Of a DNA stretch of 64,000 nt, positions 1 to 10,963 are shown piece by piece (the first letter of the stretch is position 1; each line of letters begins with the position of its first letter). The notes beneath the pieces are model-generated. The model did not search any database, was not told where the DNA came from, and saw only the letters and a list, made by a program, of their open reading frames with translations. The translations under genes were made by a program, and so were the position numbers. This stretch comes from a virus. The DNA lies in the IMG/VR virus record IMGVR_UViG_3300025949_000001, positions 32,001-96,000 of that record. One strand, written 5' to 3'.

Positions 1-113
1 GCGCTGTTCGGCGAGGACGAGGAGCTGCTGTGCGGCGGGTGCGTCGCCGAGAGGGAAGCCCTCAACGCGATGGCGCGCACGGAGTCGCAGCGCCGCCGCT
101 GGGCGGAGGCGAC

Positions 114-449
114 GTGAACCGGTACCGATCCCGGATCTACACACCACCGCCGCTCACCCAGCGCGGCCGGCAAATCCGCGAAGAATCCCGCGGAGCCATC
201 CTCGATCTGCGCCCGTACGAGGCCCCGCCGAACCTGCGCCTGCCCAGCGGCCAGCGCGCCTACTGCCGGCGCTGCGTGCGCCACTGGCTGAACGGCGCCT
301 GGTACTGGGATTTGCCGATCATCGGGCCGGGCGGCACGTGGCGCTGCGTGCTGTGCTGCGGGCTGGCGGCCGACGAGGCGGAGTGCGAGTGCTGCGGGCT
401 GCCGCGCGAGGTCAACGCCGCATTGATCACGAAGGGGCGCTGGACGTGA
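114..449 (+). CDS. Cys-rich (Zn-binding) hypothetical protein
   Basis: GTG overlaps the upstream TGA (GTGA); CxxC/CC motifs. Confidence 0.6.
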   Translation: MNRYRSRIYTPPPLTQRGRQIREESRGAILDLRPYEAPPNLRLPSGQRAYCRRCVRHWLNGAWYWDLPIIGPGGTWRCVLCCGLAADEAECECCGLPREVNAALITKGRWT

Positions 450-923
450 CCCGCCGCAAGCGCCGTCGTCCGCCGTGGCCGTTCCAGCTGCTCGGCACGG
501 CCGGGGCGCTCGTCGTGGCGGCGCTCGCGGTCACAGCCGTGGCGCACCTGCTGATCGGCGGACCGTGGTGAAGTCAGGACCCGGCGCGCTTCCCGACCCC
601 CACGCCCCCATCACGGTCGTGTACTGGCGCTGCTGCGCCGGATGCGCCGCATGGCTCGCCTACCCCTACGCACCGCCGCAGGACGAGCGGACCTACTGCG
701 GGCCCTGCGACACGCGTCGCGAAGCATCATGCGCCGGATTCGACCCACGCCCGCACCCCTCGCCCGACGCCTGCGTGCGCCGCCACTCCGCGCCCGGCTT
801 CTGGGTCGTGCTCGCCCGCGACAAAGACACCCTCACCCTGCGCCGCCTCGGCCTGCCCGACGCGGCTCCCGCCACCGTCCACCTGTCCGACACCTACCCC
901 CGGACCGACTTCAGGCAGAGCCC

Positions 924-1190
924 GTGACCGACAAAGCACTCACCAAACACCGCGCGTACCTGCGCCGCGCTCAAGGCATTCCCGGCTTCGTCCCCTCGCC
1001 GACCGTCGCCGCGCACCTGCGCGCGCTGCGCGCGGCCGGATGGACCGTCCGGCAGATCGGCGAATGGTCCCAGGTCAGCGAAGGCACCCTCTACCGGATC
1101 CTTGGCGACGCACGCCGCAGCGTGCACCTGCGTACCGCGACCCGGCTCGCCGCCCTCGCCCCCGACCGTGTCCCGCCGAGGATGCGCTGA
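924..1190 (+). CDS. HTH DNA-binding protein
   Basis: LRALRAAGWTVRQIGEWSQVSEGTLYRIL helix-turn-helix; coupled to neighbours on both sides. Confidence 0.7.
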   Translation: MTDKALTKHRAYLRRAQGIPGFVPSPTVAAHLRALRAAGWTVRQIGEWSQVSEGTLYRILGDARRSVHLRTATRLAALAPDRVPPRMR

Positions 1191-2851
1191 TGGCCGCCCC
1201 GCGCGAACGCGATCTAACCGTCACCCTCGACGCGGCCTGGCTCGCCTACGAGAAGCACCTGCTCGCCCGCGTCGACGCCGACACCTTCAGCGCCCAGTCC
1301 GCCCGCGGCTACCTCGCCTACTCCCGGCGTCTGGTCGACCATCTTGGGCCGCAGCGCACCTGCGACAGCGTCGAGGCGTCCGAGATCGTCGAATGGCTCG
1401 CGCACTACCGCGCCCAAGGCGCCCGACGTCCGGACTACGTCCAGAAGGGCGCGGGCCCCGCGACGCTGCGCCACTGCCACAAGTCCGCCAAGGGCCTCTT
1501 CGCGTTCGCCGACGCGAACAGGTGGCTGCGCGAGAACCCGATGCGGGACGTCGCCGCTCCCCCGCTGCCGCGCAAGAAAGCCGGACCGGAACGCGCGGCG
1601 CTCTCGCGCCCCGAACTGGAGGCGATGATCGCGGCGGCGCGCACCGGCCACGGCTCCTACCACGGCGACCGCGGCGCGTGGGTGCGCGACGAGATCGTGA
1701 TCCGGCTGACCGGCGAGTCCGGGCTGCGCAACGGCGACGTGCAGAACCTCGACCTCGGCGACATCGAGGCCGAACCGTCTGGGCACTGGGTGGCGCAGAT
1801 CCGCCGCGGCAAGGGACGCAAAGCGCGCACGGTGCCACTCACCGACGCCTGCGCCACCCTGATCCGCGACTACATCGACCAGTGGCGCCCGCAGCCTGCC
1901 GGGACACCGGACCGCTACGACAAGAACCACCACCTGATCAAGGGCGACGCGCAGGCGCTGCTGCTCTCGCCGGAGCGGCACCGGTTCAACGCGGCGATGG
2001 TGCGCCGGATCGTGGAACGGTGCGCGCAGTCCGCGCTAGGACGCCACTACGTGCCGCACGGGCTTCGCCACACTACCGGCACGCTGCTGGCCCGCGAGGC
2101 AAAGGCAGACCCGGCACTGATCGCGCACATCCTCGGCCACTCGGACATCTCGGTGACGTCGGTGTACCTGGACACGACCACGGACGAGGCGGCGGCTGCG
2201 GTCAATCGGCGCAAGGTCGGAGCGAAGGCTCGGGCGCCGAAGGAGTTGCCGCCGAGCACGGACGATCCGCGCTGGCCGGAGTGCGGCACGCGGGAGGGCT
2301 GGAACCGGCATAAGCGCGAGCGGATCCCGAGGTGCGCGCCGTGCCGGATGTGGAAGCGGGAGGACGCGCAGCGCGGTGAGGCGCGGGCGCTGGAGCGGGA
2401 GTTGACGGCCGCGCGCCGCCGCCTCGCCGCGCAAGAGGTGCAACTCGCGGATCTGCGGGCGCAGCGCGAGCGGCAGCGGCAGGTGATCGCCTCGCAGGGT
2501 GCGCGGATCGAGGCGCTGCATGCGCAGTTCAAGGCGTCGCGCGGGCTGACCCGGATGCCGAAGCTGTTCGCGGCGCAGTCCGCGCAGGACGTGTGCGGCT
2601 CGCCTGCTGGCTACAAGCGGCACCGGCGACTCGGTGAGGACCCGTGCCCGGCGTGCCTCGACGCGGTGGCCGCCTACAGCCGCGAGCGGCAGGCGCTGGC
2701 CGAGACGGGGCGACCGAAGGGGCTGTGCCCGGCGTGCGAACAGCTGCGGGCGGTGACGGCCAGCGGCGGGATGCGCAAGCACGGGTGCGCGGGCGACGGG
2801 CAACCGCCGAAGCCCGTTGATGCGCCGATGGAACTACGCCAGGTGGCGTGA
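1190..2851 (+). CDS. Tyrosine recombinase (XerC/D-like) with C-terminal Zn-binding and coiled-coil extension
   Basis: Catalytic set GLRNGD, GKGRK, HGLRH, LGH, TSVY; TGATG coupling to the upstream gene. Confidence 0.9.
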   Translation: MAAPRERDLTVTLDAAWLAYEKHLLARVDADTFSAQSARGYLAYSRRLVDHLGPQRTCDSVEASEIVEWLAHYRAQGARRPDYVQKGAGPATLRHCHKSAKGLFAFADANRWLRENPMRDVAAPPLPRKKAGPERAALSRPELEAMIAAARTGHGSYHGDRGAWVRDEIVIRLTGESGLRNGDVQNLDLGDIEAEPSGHWVAQIRRGKGRKARTVPLTDACATLIRDYIDQWRPQPAGTPDRYDKNHHLIKGDAQALLLSPERHRFNAAMVRRIVERCAQSALGRHYVPHGLRHTTGTLLAREAKADPALIAHILGHSDISVTSVYLDTTTDEAAAAVNRRKVGAKARAPKELPPSTDDPRWPECGTREGWNRHKRERIPRCAPCRMWKREDAQRGEARALERELTAARRRLAAQEVQLADLRAQRERQRQVIASQGARIEALHAQFKASRGLTRMPKLFAAQSAQDVCGSPAGYKRHRRLGEDPCPACLDAVAAYSRERQALAETGRPKGLCPACEQLRAVTASGGMRKHGCAGDGQPPKPVDAPMELRQVA

Positions 2852-2856
2852 TGCGG

Positions 2857-3090
2857 TCAGGTCTCGCCCAGGGGAAGCCCGGCCGCTTCGCGCCGCTCGG
2901 CTGGCGTCATGTCGTTGTAGCGGACGAGGAACCGCGTGATGACGTTGGTGATCGTCGTCCCGTCGCCCTCGGCTTTCTCAAGTGCAGGTTTCCAGACCTC
3001 GTCCTTGACGCGGAGATTCCGGACGGGGGTGACTCCGGTGGCTGGTCTCGGCACGCGATCAGTGTCGCATGTGTACTTACGGGTTTCCAT
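2857..3090 (-). CDS. Ribbon-helix-helix-type transcriptional regulator
   Basis: TPVRNLRVKDEVWKPALEKAEGDGTTITNVITRFL pattern; start uncertain. Confidence 0.65.
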   Translation of the reverse strand: METRKYTCDTDRVPRPATGVTPVRNLRVKDEVWKPALEKAEGDGTTITNVITRFLVRYNDMTPAERREAAGLPLGET

Positions 3091-3109
3091 GATTCTTTCC
3101 CTCCGGGAC

Positions 3110-3149
3110 TTGAATCTGTACTTACAGAATCGTATGCTGTAAGTACAGA
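3110..3149 (+). promoter_or_regulatory. Sigma70-type promoter overlapped by a 13-bp inverted-repeat operator
   Basis: TTGAAT-17 nt-TATGCT; TCTGTACTTACAG-N9-CTGTAAGTACAGA. Confidence 0.75.
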
Positions 3150-3172
3150 AACCGGCAAGGGGAGGACCTGAG

Positions 3173-3346
3173 ATGACCGCCACGCAGACCGCTTACAGCC
3201 AGTGCGACGAGGCGAAGTGCACCAAGAAGGTCGACGCCATCGTGCGCAACGAGCACACCGGCCGCATCGACTTCCGGCTCTGCAGCGGTCACGCCAACAT
3301 CGCCGAAAGCGTCGGCTACGGCTACGTCGAGCGGCTCGGCCACTGA
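3173..3346 (+). CDS. Small hypothetical protein (57 aa, not in the ORF track)
   Basis: GGAGG RBS, ATG, GC3-rich codons; directly follows the promoter. Confidence 0.65.
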   Translation: MTATQTAYSQCDEAKCTKKVDAIVRNEHTGRIDFRLCSGHANIAESVGYGYVERLGH

Positions 3347-3351
3347 CCTTC

Positions 3352-3374
3352 CGCCCGGCCCTTCGGGGCCGGGC
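3352..3374 (+). terminator. GC hairpin with cUUCGg loop
   Basis: GCCCGGCCC-TTCG-GGGCCGGGC; no clear U-tract. Confidence 0.5.
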
Positions 3375-3419
3375 ATCCTCGCTCGCCCGATCAGAGAACC
3401 AACCGGAGGGGACCCCGAG

Positions 3420-4049
3420 ATGATCACCGAGAAGCGCGCAGACGAACTGGCAGTTGGCGACCTGTACGACACACGCTGTGGCGTCGCCGACCTCGCCTTC
3501 CAGACGATCACCAGCGTTGAGCGCTTCACCCTCCCCGGCGGCGGCGACCGCGTCGAGATCAGCTACACCGGCGACGCGATCTGCAACAGCCGCATCCTGG
3601 TCGGCGCCTCCACGGTCCGCGTCAAGACGGACGATCCGGCGCCCGCCCAACCCGCCAGCGAGTTCGCCCGCAGTATCTGCCCCGTCGCCGACCACCAGCC
3701 CAAGCGGCCGCGCCGCTCCTCCGGCAAGGTCGGCTCCACGATGTCGACCGCCCGTCGCCGCGCCGTCCTGCTCCGGCTGGCCGAGCGCGTGAACTCGGGT
3801 GTGCTGACCGCCGCCTCGTACCTGCGCGACCTGGGCGCGGACGACGACACGGTCCGCCGCTACGCGTCCACCCTGGGCAAGCGCGTCAAGGCCCTGGCCG
3901 CCGCGAAGGGCATCACCCCCGCGCTGTCGGGTCTGGCCGTGGTCGGCCGCCGACTGGTGCGGTGCCTGGCGTACTCCCCCGCCGAGATCGAGATCCTGCG
4001 CTCGGCCACCGCCGACTACACGCGCACCGCACACCTGATCGGATCCTGA
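3420..4049 (+). CDS. Hypothetical protein
   Basis: RBS GGAGG; codon bias. Confidence 0.65.
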   Translation: MITEKRADELAVGDLYDTRCGVADLAFQTITSVERFTLPGGGDRVEISYTGDAICNSRILVGASTVRVKTDDPAPAQPASEFARSICPVADHQPKRPRRSSGKVGSTMSTARRRAVLLRLAERVNSGVLTAASYLRDLGADDDTVRRYASTLGKRVKALAAAKGITPALSGLAVVGRRLVRCLAYSPAEIEILRSATADYTRTAHLIGS

Positions 4050-4050
4050 G

Positions 4051-4287
4051 ATGGCCGCGCGCGCCGCCGCCAACACCCTCAACCAGTGGACCGTCGTCAC
4101 CTACCGCGGGTCGCTCACCCAATTCCACGGCCCGGCCCGGTTCGAGGACGTGTGCGACTGCTACTACGGCCCCGACCGCGACAAGGACTGCTGGGGCTAC
4201 GCGCTCATCCTCGCGGACGGCCGCCGACTGCTGCACGTCAAGCCCGAGTCGTTCGACATTCCCGCCAACGCATTGATCGGAGCCTGA
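4051..4287 (+). CDS. Hypothetical protein
   Basis: Tightly packed operon; codon bias. Confidence 0.6.
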   Translation: MAARAAANTLNQWTVVTYRGSLTQFHGPARFEDVCDCYYGPDRDKDCWGYALILADGRRLLHVKPESFDIPANALIGA

Positions 4288-4290
4288 GAG

Positions 4291-5160
4291 ATGACCACCA
4301 CGAAGAACGGGCTGAAGGCCACTGCGGTGCGCGGCCACTCGCGCGTGTTCCTGGTCGAGAAGCCGGGTCGCGGCCGCGTCGAGTTCATCGAGATCAAGTC
4401 CGGCGTCGCGATCGAGGAAGTCGACACCGACGCGATCGAGCGCAGCGGAGAGGAGACCTTCGACGCCTTCATACACGCCAGGAAGCTGGATCGACGCGAT
4501 TGCGAAGACCGCGCCCAGGCTGGCTGGTACGTCTCCTCCGCCTTCACCCACTGCGGCCCGCTCCCGACCAAGGCCGAGGCGATCAGGCAGATGCGCCTGA
4601 TTCTGGCCGACGTGAAGATCTGGTGTTGGCGCGACATCCCGAAGCCCGCGAAGGCCACGAAGGCCGAGGCCGCGCAGTGGCTCGCCCGCGAAGCCCGCGC
4701 CCGCGCCCGCGAAGCACACCGGCGCGGCGCGGCCGGCACGAAGATCACGCGCCGGTTCGTCGAGGAGGTCGCGAACCAACTCATCTGCGACGGACGTCTG
4801 ACCGAGGACGACGCCGACCCCGCCGCAGTCCGCAAGGCCCACCGCATCGCCGTCGAGACTAGTTACGAGTACGGAGACCGCCACCTGGTCAACCTCGCCG
4901 ACGTGCCAGGCCTGCGCCTTACCGCGCGCGACCGCATTGATTTGGCCGCAGCCGAGCACGGCTGGAGCGTCGAGCAGATACCCGCCGGATGGGCGACGTC
5001 CGAGAAGCGGCGGTACAGCAGGGGCGACGACTACATCTCGGTGAAGTTCTCAAAGAGCGGCCACGTCACCGGGCTATACAACCCGCTAAGGAATTTCGAC
5101 CGAACCTGGACCGGCAAGGCCGAATCGGCCATCGCCTACCTCACCGGAAAGAAGGCGTGA
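4291..5160 (+). CDS. Hypothetical protein
   Basis: Tightly packed operon; codon bias. Confidence 0.7.
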   Translation: MTTTKNGLKATAVRGHSRVFLVEKPGRGRVEFIEIKSGVAIEEVDTDAIERSGEETFDAFIHARKLDRRDCEDRAQAGWYVSSAFTHCGPLPTKAEAIRQMRLILADVKIWCWRDIPKPAKATKAEAAQWLAREARARAREAHRRGAAGTKITRRFVEEVANQLICDGRLTEDDADPAAVRKAHRIAVETSYEYGDRHLVNLADVPGLRLTARDRIDLAAAEHGWSVEQIPAGWATSEKRRYSRGDDYISVKFSKSGHVTGLYNPLRNFDRTWTGKAESAIAYLTGKKA

Positions 5161-5161
5161 C

Positions 5162-6451
5162 ATGGCCGCGCAGCCCAGTGCAGAGCATGTCGTCCTAGCC
5201 GCTGCTGTGCTGCGCCGGGGCGACGAGCACCCCTGGTACGCGCCTTCTTCACACGCCTTCTTCACACGCCTGCTCGACCGGTTCGGGCGCACGGAGGCGT
5301 CCCGCATCTGGATCGAGGCCGTGCGGATCGTGGAGGCCGAGCACCCGCTCGACCCGCCGACACACTGCGCGCCGGACTGCGCCGGCTTCTGCGGCGAGTC
5401 GTACATCGACGAGGACTGCGCGCCCTGCCAGGAGCTCGAAGCGATCCGGTACCCGGCCGCCGAGAGCGGCCCGCACACGTGCGGATGCGGCGCGGTGATC
5501 CCCGCCGACCAGCACGAAGCAATTTTCGACCACATCGACCAGTGCCCGTCCGCCTGACGGCGCAGACCACGAAGGAGGCGCGCCGTGCGCCGCGAACTTG
5601 AGATCACGATCAGCCTGGGCAGCGGCTCCATCCGGGAGCGCGTCGCGCTGCCCGAGGGCTGGGACGAGATGACCGGCGAGGAGCAACTGGCCGCCATCGA
5701 CGAGGAGGCCGACACGATCATCTGGAACCGCAAGCACGTGACCGGCACCGTCGTGGAGGCGTCGGAGCGATGACCAACCCCATGGCGCCCACCAAGACCG
5801 AGCGCGCCCAGCGGATCGCCCTGAACGCTCGGGCGTTCGTCCGCAAGGCGCGACGCGACGGGCACACCAACCTGATCACCGGAATGCTGCTCGCCGAGTC
5901 CGCGCAGGCCTTGAAGCTGCTCGACACGGACGGCTGGACCATCCGCAAGGCCGCACGCCTGACCGTCGCAGAACTGGAGCAGGCGCAGGAGCTCGTGCGC
6001 GCCGAGGTGCCGGACCTGACCGTGTACGACGCGGACGGCCGCTACGTGCTCGACGGTCCCGGGCAGGCCCCGGTCTTCCACCTGGGCGGGTGGCGGTTCG
6101 GTGGCGGTAGCGCGTACAGCGCGCTGGTCGAGGTCGCGGACCTGCTGATCCTCAACCCGCGCACCGGACCGGGGGCCTGACATGCCCGCCCTCTCCCCCG
6201 CCCAACTCGCGGTCCTGCGCGCCGCGGCTCAGCGCAACGTGTGGGCCGACGCGACGCGCGAACCGGTGCGCTGGATGGTCGGCGCCGACGAAGACGCCCG
6301 GCCGGACACCCCCGCCGTGCAGTCCCTGATCGACGCCGGGCTGCTCGCCGATGACCGACGCGTGGCGGCCGACATCGGCACCTGGTGCTTCGCGACGCCG
6401 ACCCTCGCGGGCCGCGCCCTGCTCGACACCCTCAACCCGGAAGGCCGCTGA
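5162..6451 (+). CDS. Four hypothetical genes (5162-5557, 5585-5773, 5770-6180, 6182-6451)
   Basis: Abutting or overlapping start/stop codons; codon bias. Confidence 0.6.
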
Positions 6452-6453
6452 CC

Positions 6454-7095
6454 GTGCTCCCTACCGCCACATTCGCCATCGACCGGCCCGCACCCGGTGT
6501 CGCCGTCGTTGCGGCCACCGGGAGCCTGGACGTGTACAGCGCACCTGACGCCCGCAGCGTCCTGCTCGACGCGATCAACGAGGGCCGCTACCGGCAGGTC
6601 GTGGACCTGCGCGCGGTGGGCCTGATCGACTCGACCGGGTTGAGCGTCATCGTGGGCGCGGCCAAACGCGCGCGGGCTCACGGCGGCGCCCTGGCGCTCG
6701 CGGTGGATCTGGACAGCCGCGTCGGCAACGCGCTGCGGATCGCCGGTCTGCACAAGGCGATCGCGCCCGCCGAGTCCGTGGACGGGGCGCTGGAAATGCT
6801 TGCAATGCTTGCGCCGCAGACCTCGGAGCCGACTGCCGAGCTTGCAGCGCCTGCCGCTCCGTCGTTCTGGCCGCCGCAGCCCGGCGACGTGTGGCTCGCG
6901 TGCCTCGACGCGCAACTCCCCGATCCGTGGGTGTGCCCATCCGGGGGGAAGCTGAGGGCCTGCGGCATTGTCCGGGCGGCCGATCGAGTGTGGAGCGAGT
7001 TCGGCCCGCTGCGGCTGGTGTGGCGTGACAGCGCGCTCGTCACCGCGATGCACTCCAGCGAACTGCCCGACGCACCCGCCGCGGAAGGCCGCTGA
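6454..7095 (+). CDS. STAS-domain anti-sigma factor antagonist with C-terminal extension
   Basis: GSLDVYSAP...VVDLRAVGLIDSTGLSVIV, RsbV/BldG-like with the phospho-acceptor Ser motif. Confidence 0.85.
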   Translation: MLPTATFAIDRPAPGVAVVAATGSLDVYSAPDARSVLLDAINEGRYRQVVDLRAVGLIDSTGLSVIVGAAKRARAHGGALALAVDLDSRVGNALRIAGLHKAIAPAESVDGALEMLAMLAPQTSEPTAELAAPAAPSFWPPQPGDVWLACLDAQLPDPWVCPSGGKLRACGIVRAADRVWSEFGPLRLVWRDSALVTAMHSSELPDAPAAEGR

Positions 7096-7097
7096 CC

Positions 7098-8296
7098 GTG
7101 GGCGACCAGTTCACCGACGACCCGGTCGGGCGCCTGTTCAAGGCGTTCTCCGACGCTGTCGACGCCCGGCTGGCGGCCAACCCGCCGCGACCGGCCCGCC
7201 GACGCAGGAGCCGACCGGTCGGCGCGAAGCAGCGCCCCGCCCTCGTCGACGACTTCGATCGTCCCGCTGATGGCTGCTTCTGCGCCGCGACCCCGTACCC
7301 GCCGTGCTCGCACTGCGAACCGCCTGCCTGACCGTTCTTCCTCGCCCGCGCCCCACACCGCGCGGGGCCACCCGATCCACTACCAGCGAAGGAGCACCAT
7401 GACCGAATCAACCGCACTCGCCCAACTCGGCGCCGTCGAGGCGTTCACCGCGTGGCTCAAGGTTGACAAGGAGAACCACCCCGGCGACCGGCGCCTCGCC
7501 ATCTCCTACGAAAGCGCACCCGTCCTGCGCAGCCATATCGAGGCGCTGCTGGACGCCGCCCGCGAGATGGCGCTGATCGCCAACGAGCGGATCGGCCAGC
7601 TGAGCGAGGCACAGGAGTTGGCCAGGGCCTTGTACCGGCTGTTCGATCCCATGCCGTTCTGCATCGACGACCTCGACGAGCGCATGTCGATCGAGCGGCT
7701 GCCGCAGTGGCTTGGCGGCGAGGCCGAGACCTGGCAGCGAGAGGGCGGCGAGTGATGGCCGCTGCGATCAACATCTTCGACCTGCGCTCGGTCCTGGGCG
7801 CCCAGATCCGCGAGGCCAGCGGCGCCGACATGTACGACCTGGCGTCCGTGAACCTGAATGCCAACACGATCGAGATCCGGTTGCGTCTGCGCGACGCCGC
7901 GACGCTCAGCGCCCACTTCGCTAACGCCGACCGCTGGCGCAATGCGTTCGAGGCGCTGCACGCCCGGCTGCTGCGCGACCTGCCCGGCGACGCGAGCGAA
8001 CTGCCGCCGCCCGGCGACGAGTACTGGGCGCGGACCCTGGACGAGCTGCTGACGTTCGCGGCCGAGACCGCGCTCACGGCGGAACGGGGCGCGTGATGCC
8101 CAATCCGACGATCGACCCGGAGCGTATCGAGCAGTACGAGGCGGAACGCGCCGCGATCATGCGCGAGCACACGCCCCGGCTCAAGGCCATGGCCGGCAAC
8201 GACCCGCGATACCCGCGCGTGTGGAACCAGCGCGCCGACGCACTGCGCGCACTCGCGGACAAGTACCGGATGCCGACCGAAGGAGGAACGCGATGA
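7098..8296 (+). CDS. Four hypothetical genes (7098-7331, 7399-7755, 7755-8096, 8093-8296)
   Basis: Coupled starts/stops; RBS. Confidence 0.55.
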
Positions 8297-8634
8297 GCGA
8301 CGCCTGGGACCTGTTCGCGCAGGTGCGCGACATCACCGCGTGGCTCGACGCGGACGGCGCGCTCACCGACGAAGACCACGTGTTGAAGATCGGCGCCGAG
8401 CTCGGCGAAGCCATCGACGCGCTCGCCGGGATGAAAGGCACGAACCGGCGCAAGGGCGTCACGCACACCATGGAGCAGGTGCTTGAGGAGCTCGCCGACG
8501 TGATCCTCGCCGCCGCGTGCACGATCGAGCATCTGCGTCCCGGTGCGGACGCCGTTCGCGGGGCGCTCGCGTCGAAGGTCGCCGGGATCATGGCGCGCTC
8601 CGACATCCAGCCGCTCGCGCAGGCAGGTGCGTGA
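8293..8634 (+). CDS. MazG-like nucleotide pyrophosphohydrolase
   Basis: LKIGAELGEAIDA...RKGVTHT...EELADV. Confidence 0.75.
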   Translation: MSDAWDLFAQVRDITAWLDADGALTDEDHVLKIGAELGEAIDALAGMKGTNRRKGVTHTMEQVLEELADVILAAACTIEHLRPGADAVRGALASKVAGIMARSDIQPLAQAGA

Positions 8635-10545
8635 TGGCCGCGAAGCAGCGCAAGCCGGACCCGTTGCAGCCCGGCGACGAGCAGATCGCCCGCGAAGAAG
8701 TCGAGGCGTACTTCCGGCACCAAGCCGAACTGGCTGCCGAAGAACTCGCGCAAGCACAGGCGCGGTTCGATCGCCTGCAGGCCAAGGCCGACGCGGCGAT
8801 CTCCGCGTTCCGCGCCGGCGAACGCATCGAGCAGGTCGACGCGTGGTCGATCGAGTTGCACGCGGGCGGCCACACCGAGATCGGGATGGCCATCCTCAAC
8901 GGCCGATCCACCGACCACGCGGCGTACGGCGCGGCGAAGGCACGCAATGAGGCCACGGCACGGTGGCTGCGGTCGCAGGGCTATGAGCCGATCGAGGACA
9001 GGAGACGCTGATGGCCGTCAAGACGACGCTCACGCTCAACGAGGACGAGCTCTGGCTGCTCTACCGACTCGTGGTCGACGAGGTGTCGGGCGGTCCGTGC
9101 CTGCTCGAGCAGCCGCATATCGAGCACGAGACGGCGGCCGGCACTGCGCTGGCCAAGTTGTCCGACGCGGTGCTCGCGATCCAGGAGAGGAACGCTGGCG
9201 ATGGCCGATCTTGACGTCCTGGCCGGGGAACTCGCCGAGTCCCTGATCGAGTGGCGCGCCCGCAGTGCCACTCGGCGGGAGGCGCAGAACGAGGTCGGCG
9301 ACGTGGCGGACCTGACCGACGACGAGCGGGAAGCGCTAGTTGACATGGTGCTCGACAAGATCGAGCGCGCCGACATCGAAATCACGATCAAATAAGGAGT
9401 ACGGCATGGGCTGGGCAAGCGCAGGCGAGATCTTCGACCCGGCGGCGAAGGCGCTGGTGGAGCTGAACGCGCCGGACGAGATGAAGATCCGTGTCCTCGG
9501 CGACCTGATCGGCGCACTCCAGGACGGAGACTGGGACACCGAGGACGAGTCTCTCGACGAATTCCAGAACGACCCGGCGATCGTCGAGGCGTTCCGGCGG
9601 CACGACGTGTACATCAGGTGCGACGACGAGCATGCGACCGACGACCGTGGCGATGCCACCTGGTGTACGGGTGAGCGTGGCCACGATGGTTTGCACGCAG
9701 ACGATGACGGGCGGGAGTGGTCGTGACCGACCTAACCGAGGCCCGCGCCCTGGCCGCTGCGGCGCGTGCGGACACCTCCGACGGGCTGGAGGCGCGCGAG
9801 AAGCTGCCGGACGTGGTTGACCAGCTACTCGACCTGATCGGCGAGCCGTGGACCGAGTGGGCTGCGCTGACCGACAAGGCCGCCGGGCATCCGGTGACGA
9901 AGCCGTGCGACGACGAGCAGGACGCCCGCGAGTTCGTCGCACTCATGCCGCCGGGCGCGTGGGTCGTGGTGCGCCGCACCCGCTACAGTCACGCCGAGCC
10001 GTGGGTCGAGGTCCCGACGGGCGCAGAGGCCGGCGATGTCTGAGACGACACACGGCACCGCGCGCGCCGAGCAGCGCATCCGCGCCCTGCTGGCCGCACT
10101 GCCGCCGGGCACGCGCAACCTCGGCGGCGAGTTGGTCCACAGCGCCGCGTTCCGTTCCGAAGAATGGCCGCGCGGAGTCTACGCGCTGGAACGCACCGAC
10201 ATGGAGGCCGTGCTCGCGCTGCTCGACGAAACGCGTACGGCACTCGCCCGAGCACGCTCGCTGTGTCTGGCGCATCCCGCCGACGCCGTGGACCCCGAGC
10301 GGCACACGCCCGAGCGGGTGCGTGCGTACTTGCAGCGGCTCGGCTGGGTGCGGGAGGGCGGTGGGCGAGTGGCCGAGCTGTGGCATCCCGTCGGTGCGCC
10401 CGAGCAGCGGGTGACCGTGCCGCTGATTCCGACGGCGCCGGATTACGCGAAGGTGTTGGGCTTCCTAGTCTCGGATCTCGCTGATCTGTACGGGCCAGGC
10501 CAGCTTGTGGTGCTCGCGGCCATCGAGGCGGCGTGCGATGCCTGA
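8634..10545 (+). CDS. Six hypothetical genes (8634-9011, 9011-9214, 9201-9395, 9407-9726, 9723-10043, 10036-10545)
   Basis: Coupled starts/stops; codon bias. Confidence 0.55.
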
Positions 10546-10963
10546 GTACGAGACCTACTGCTGTCGCCACCCCGAGTCCGAGTGCGCGAAGGCGGGCGGC
10601 TGTTCGGGCTCGTGCAACTGCGGCGCGGGCGGGGACGAGTGCCGCCCGGTGACGCTGCTGTCGGGCGAGACGATCCCGGTCCTCGGCGCACGCGAGCTGT
10701 CGCCGGCCGGTGTCGCAGCTATGGGCGAACTGGTCGAGGCCGTGCGGCGCAAGGCCGCTGCGGAGAACCCGCCGGACCCGGACGCCGCGGCGCTGTGGGC
10801 CAGGATCGACACAGCGCGCCATGCTGCCGGACTGTCGCTACGGGAGGTGTCCGGGCTGTGCGGGGTGAAGTTCTCCGTCCTGTTCCGCACCGCGCAGGGG
10901 CGGATGCCGGGCGCGGACGACCTGGCGGCGATCGAAGCGTGGCTAGCCGCGAACGGCGGCTGA
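10538..10963 (+). CDS. Cys-rich N-terminus plus XRE-type HTH protein
   Basis: RHAAGLSLREVSGLCGVKFSVLFR. Confidence 0.65.
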   Translation: MPEYETYCCRHPESECAKAGGCSGSCNCGAGGDECRPVTLLSGETIPVLGARELSPAGVAAMGELVEAVRRKAAAENPPDPDAAALWARIDTARHAAGLSLREVSGLCGVKFSVLFRTAQGRMPGADDLAAIEAWLAANGG

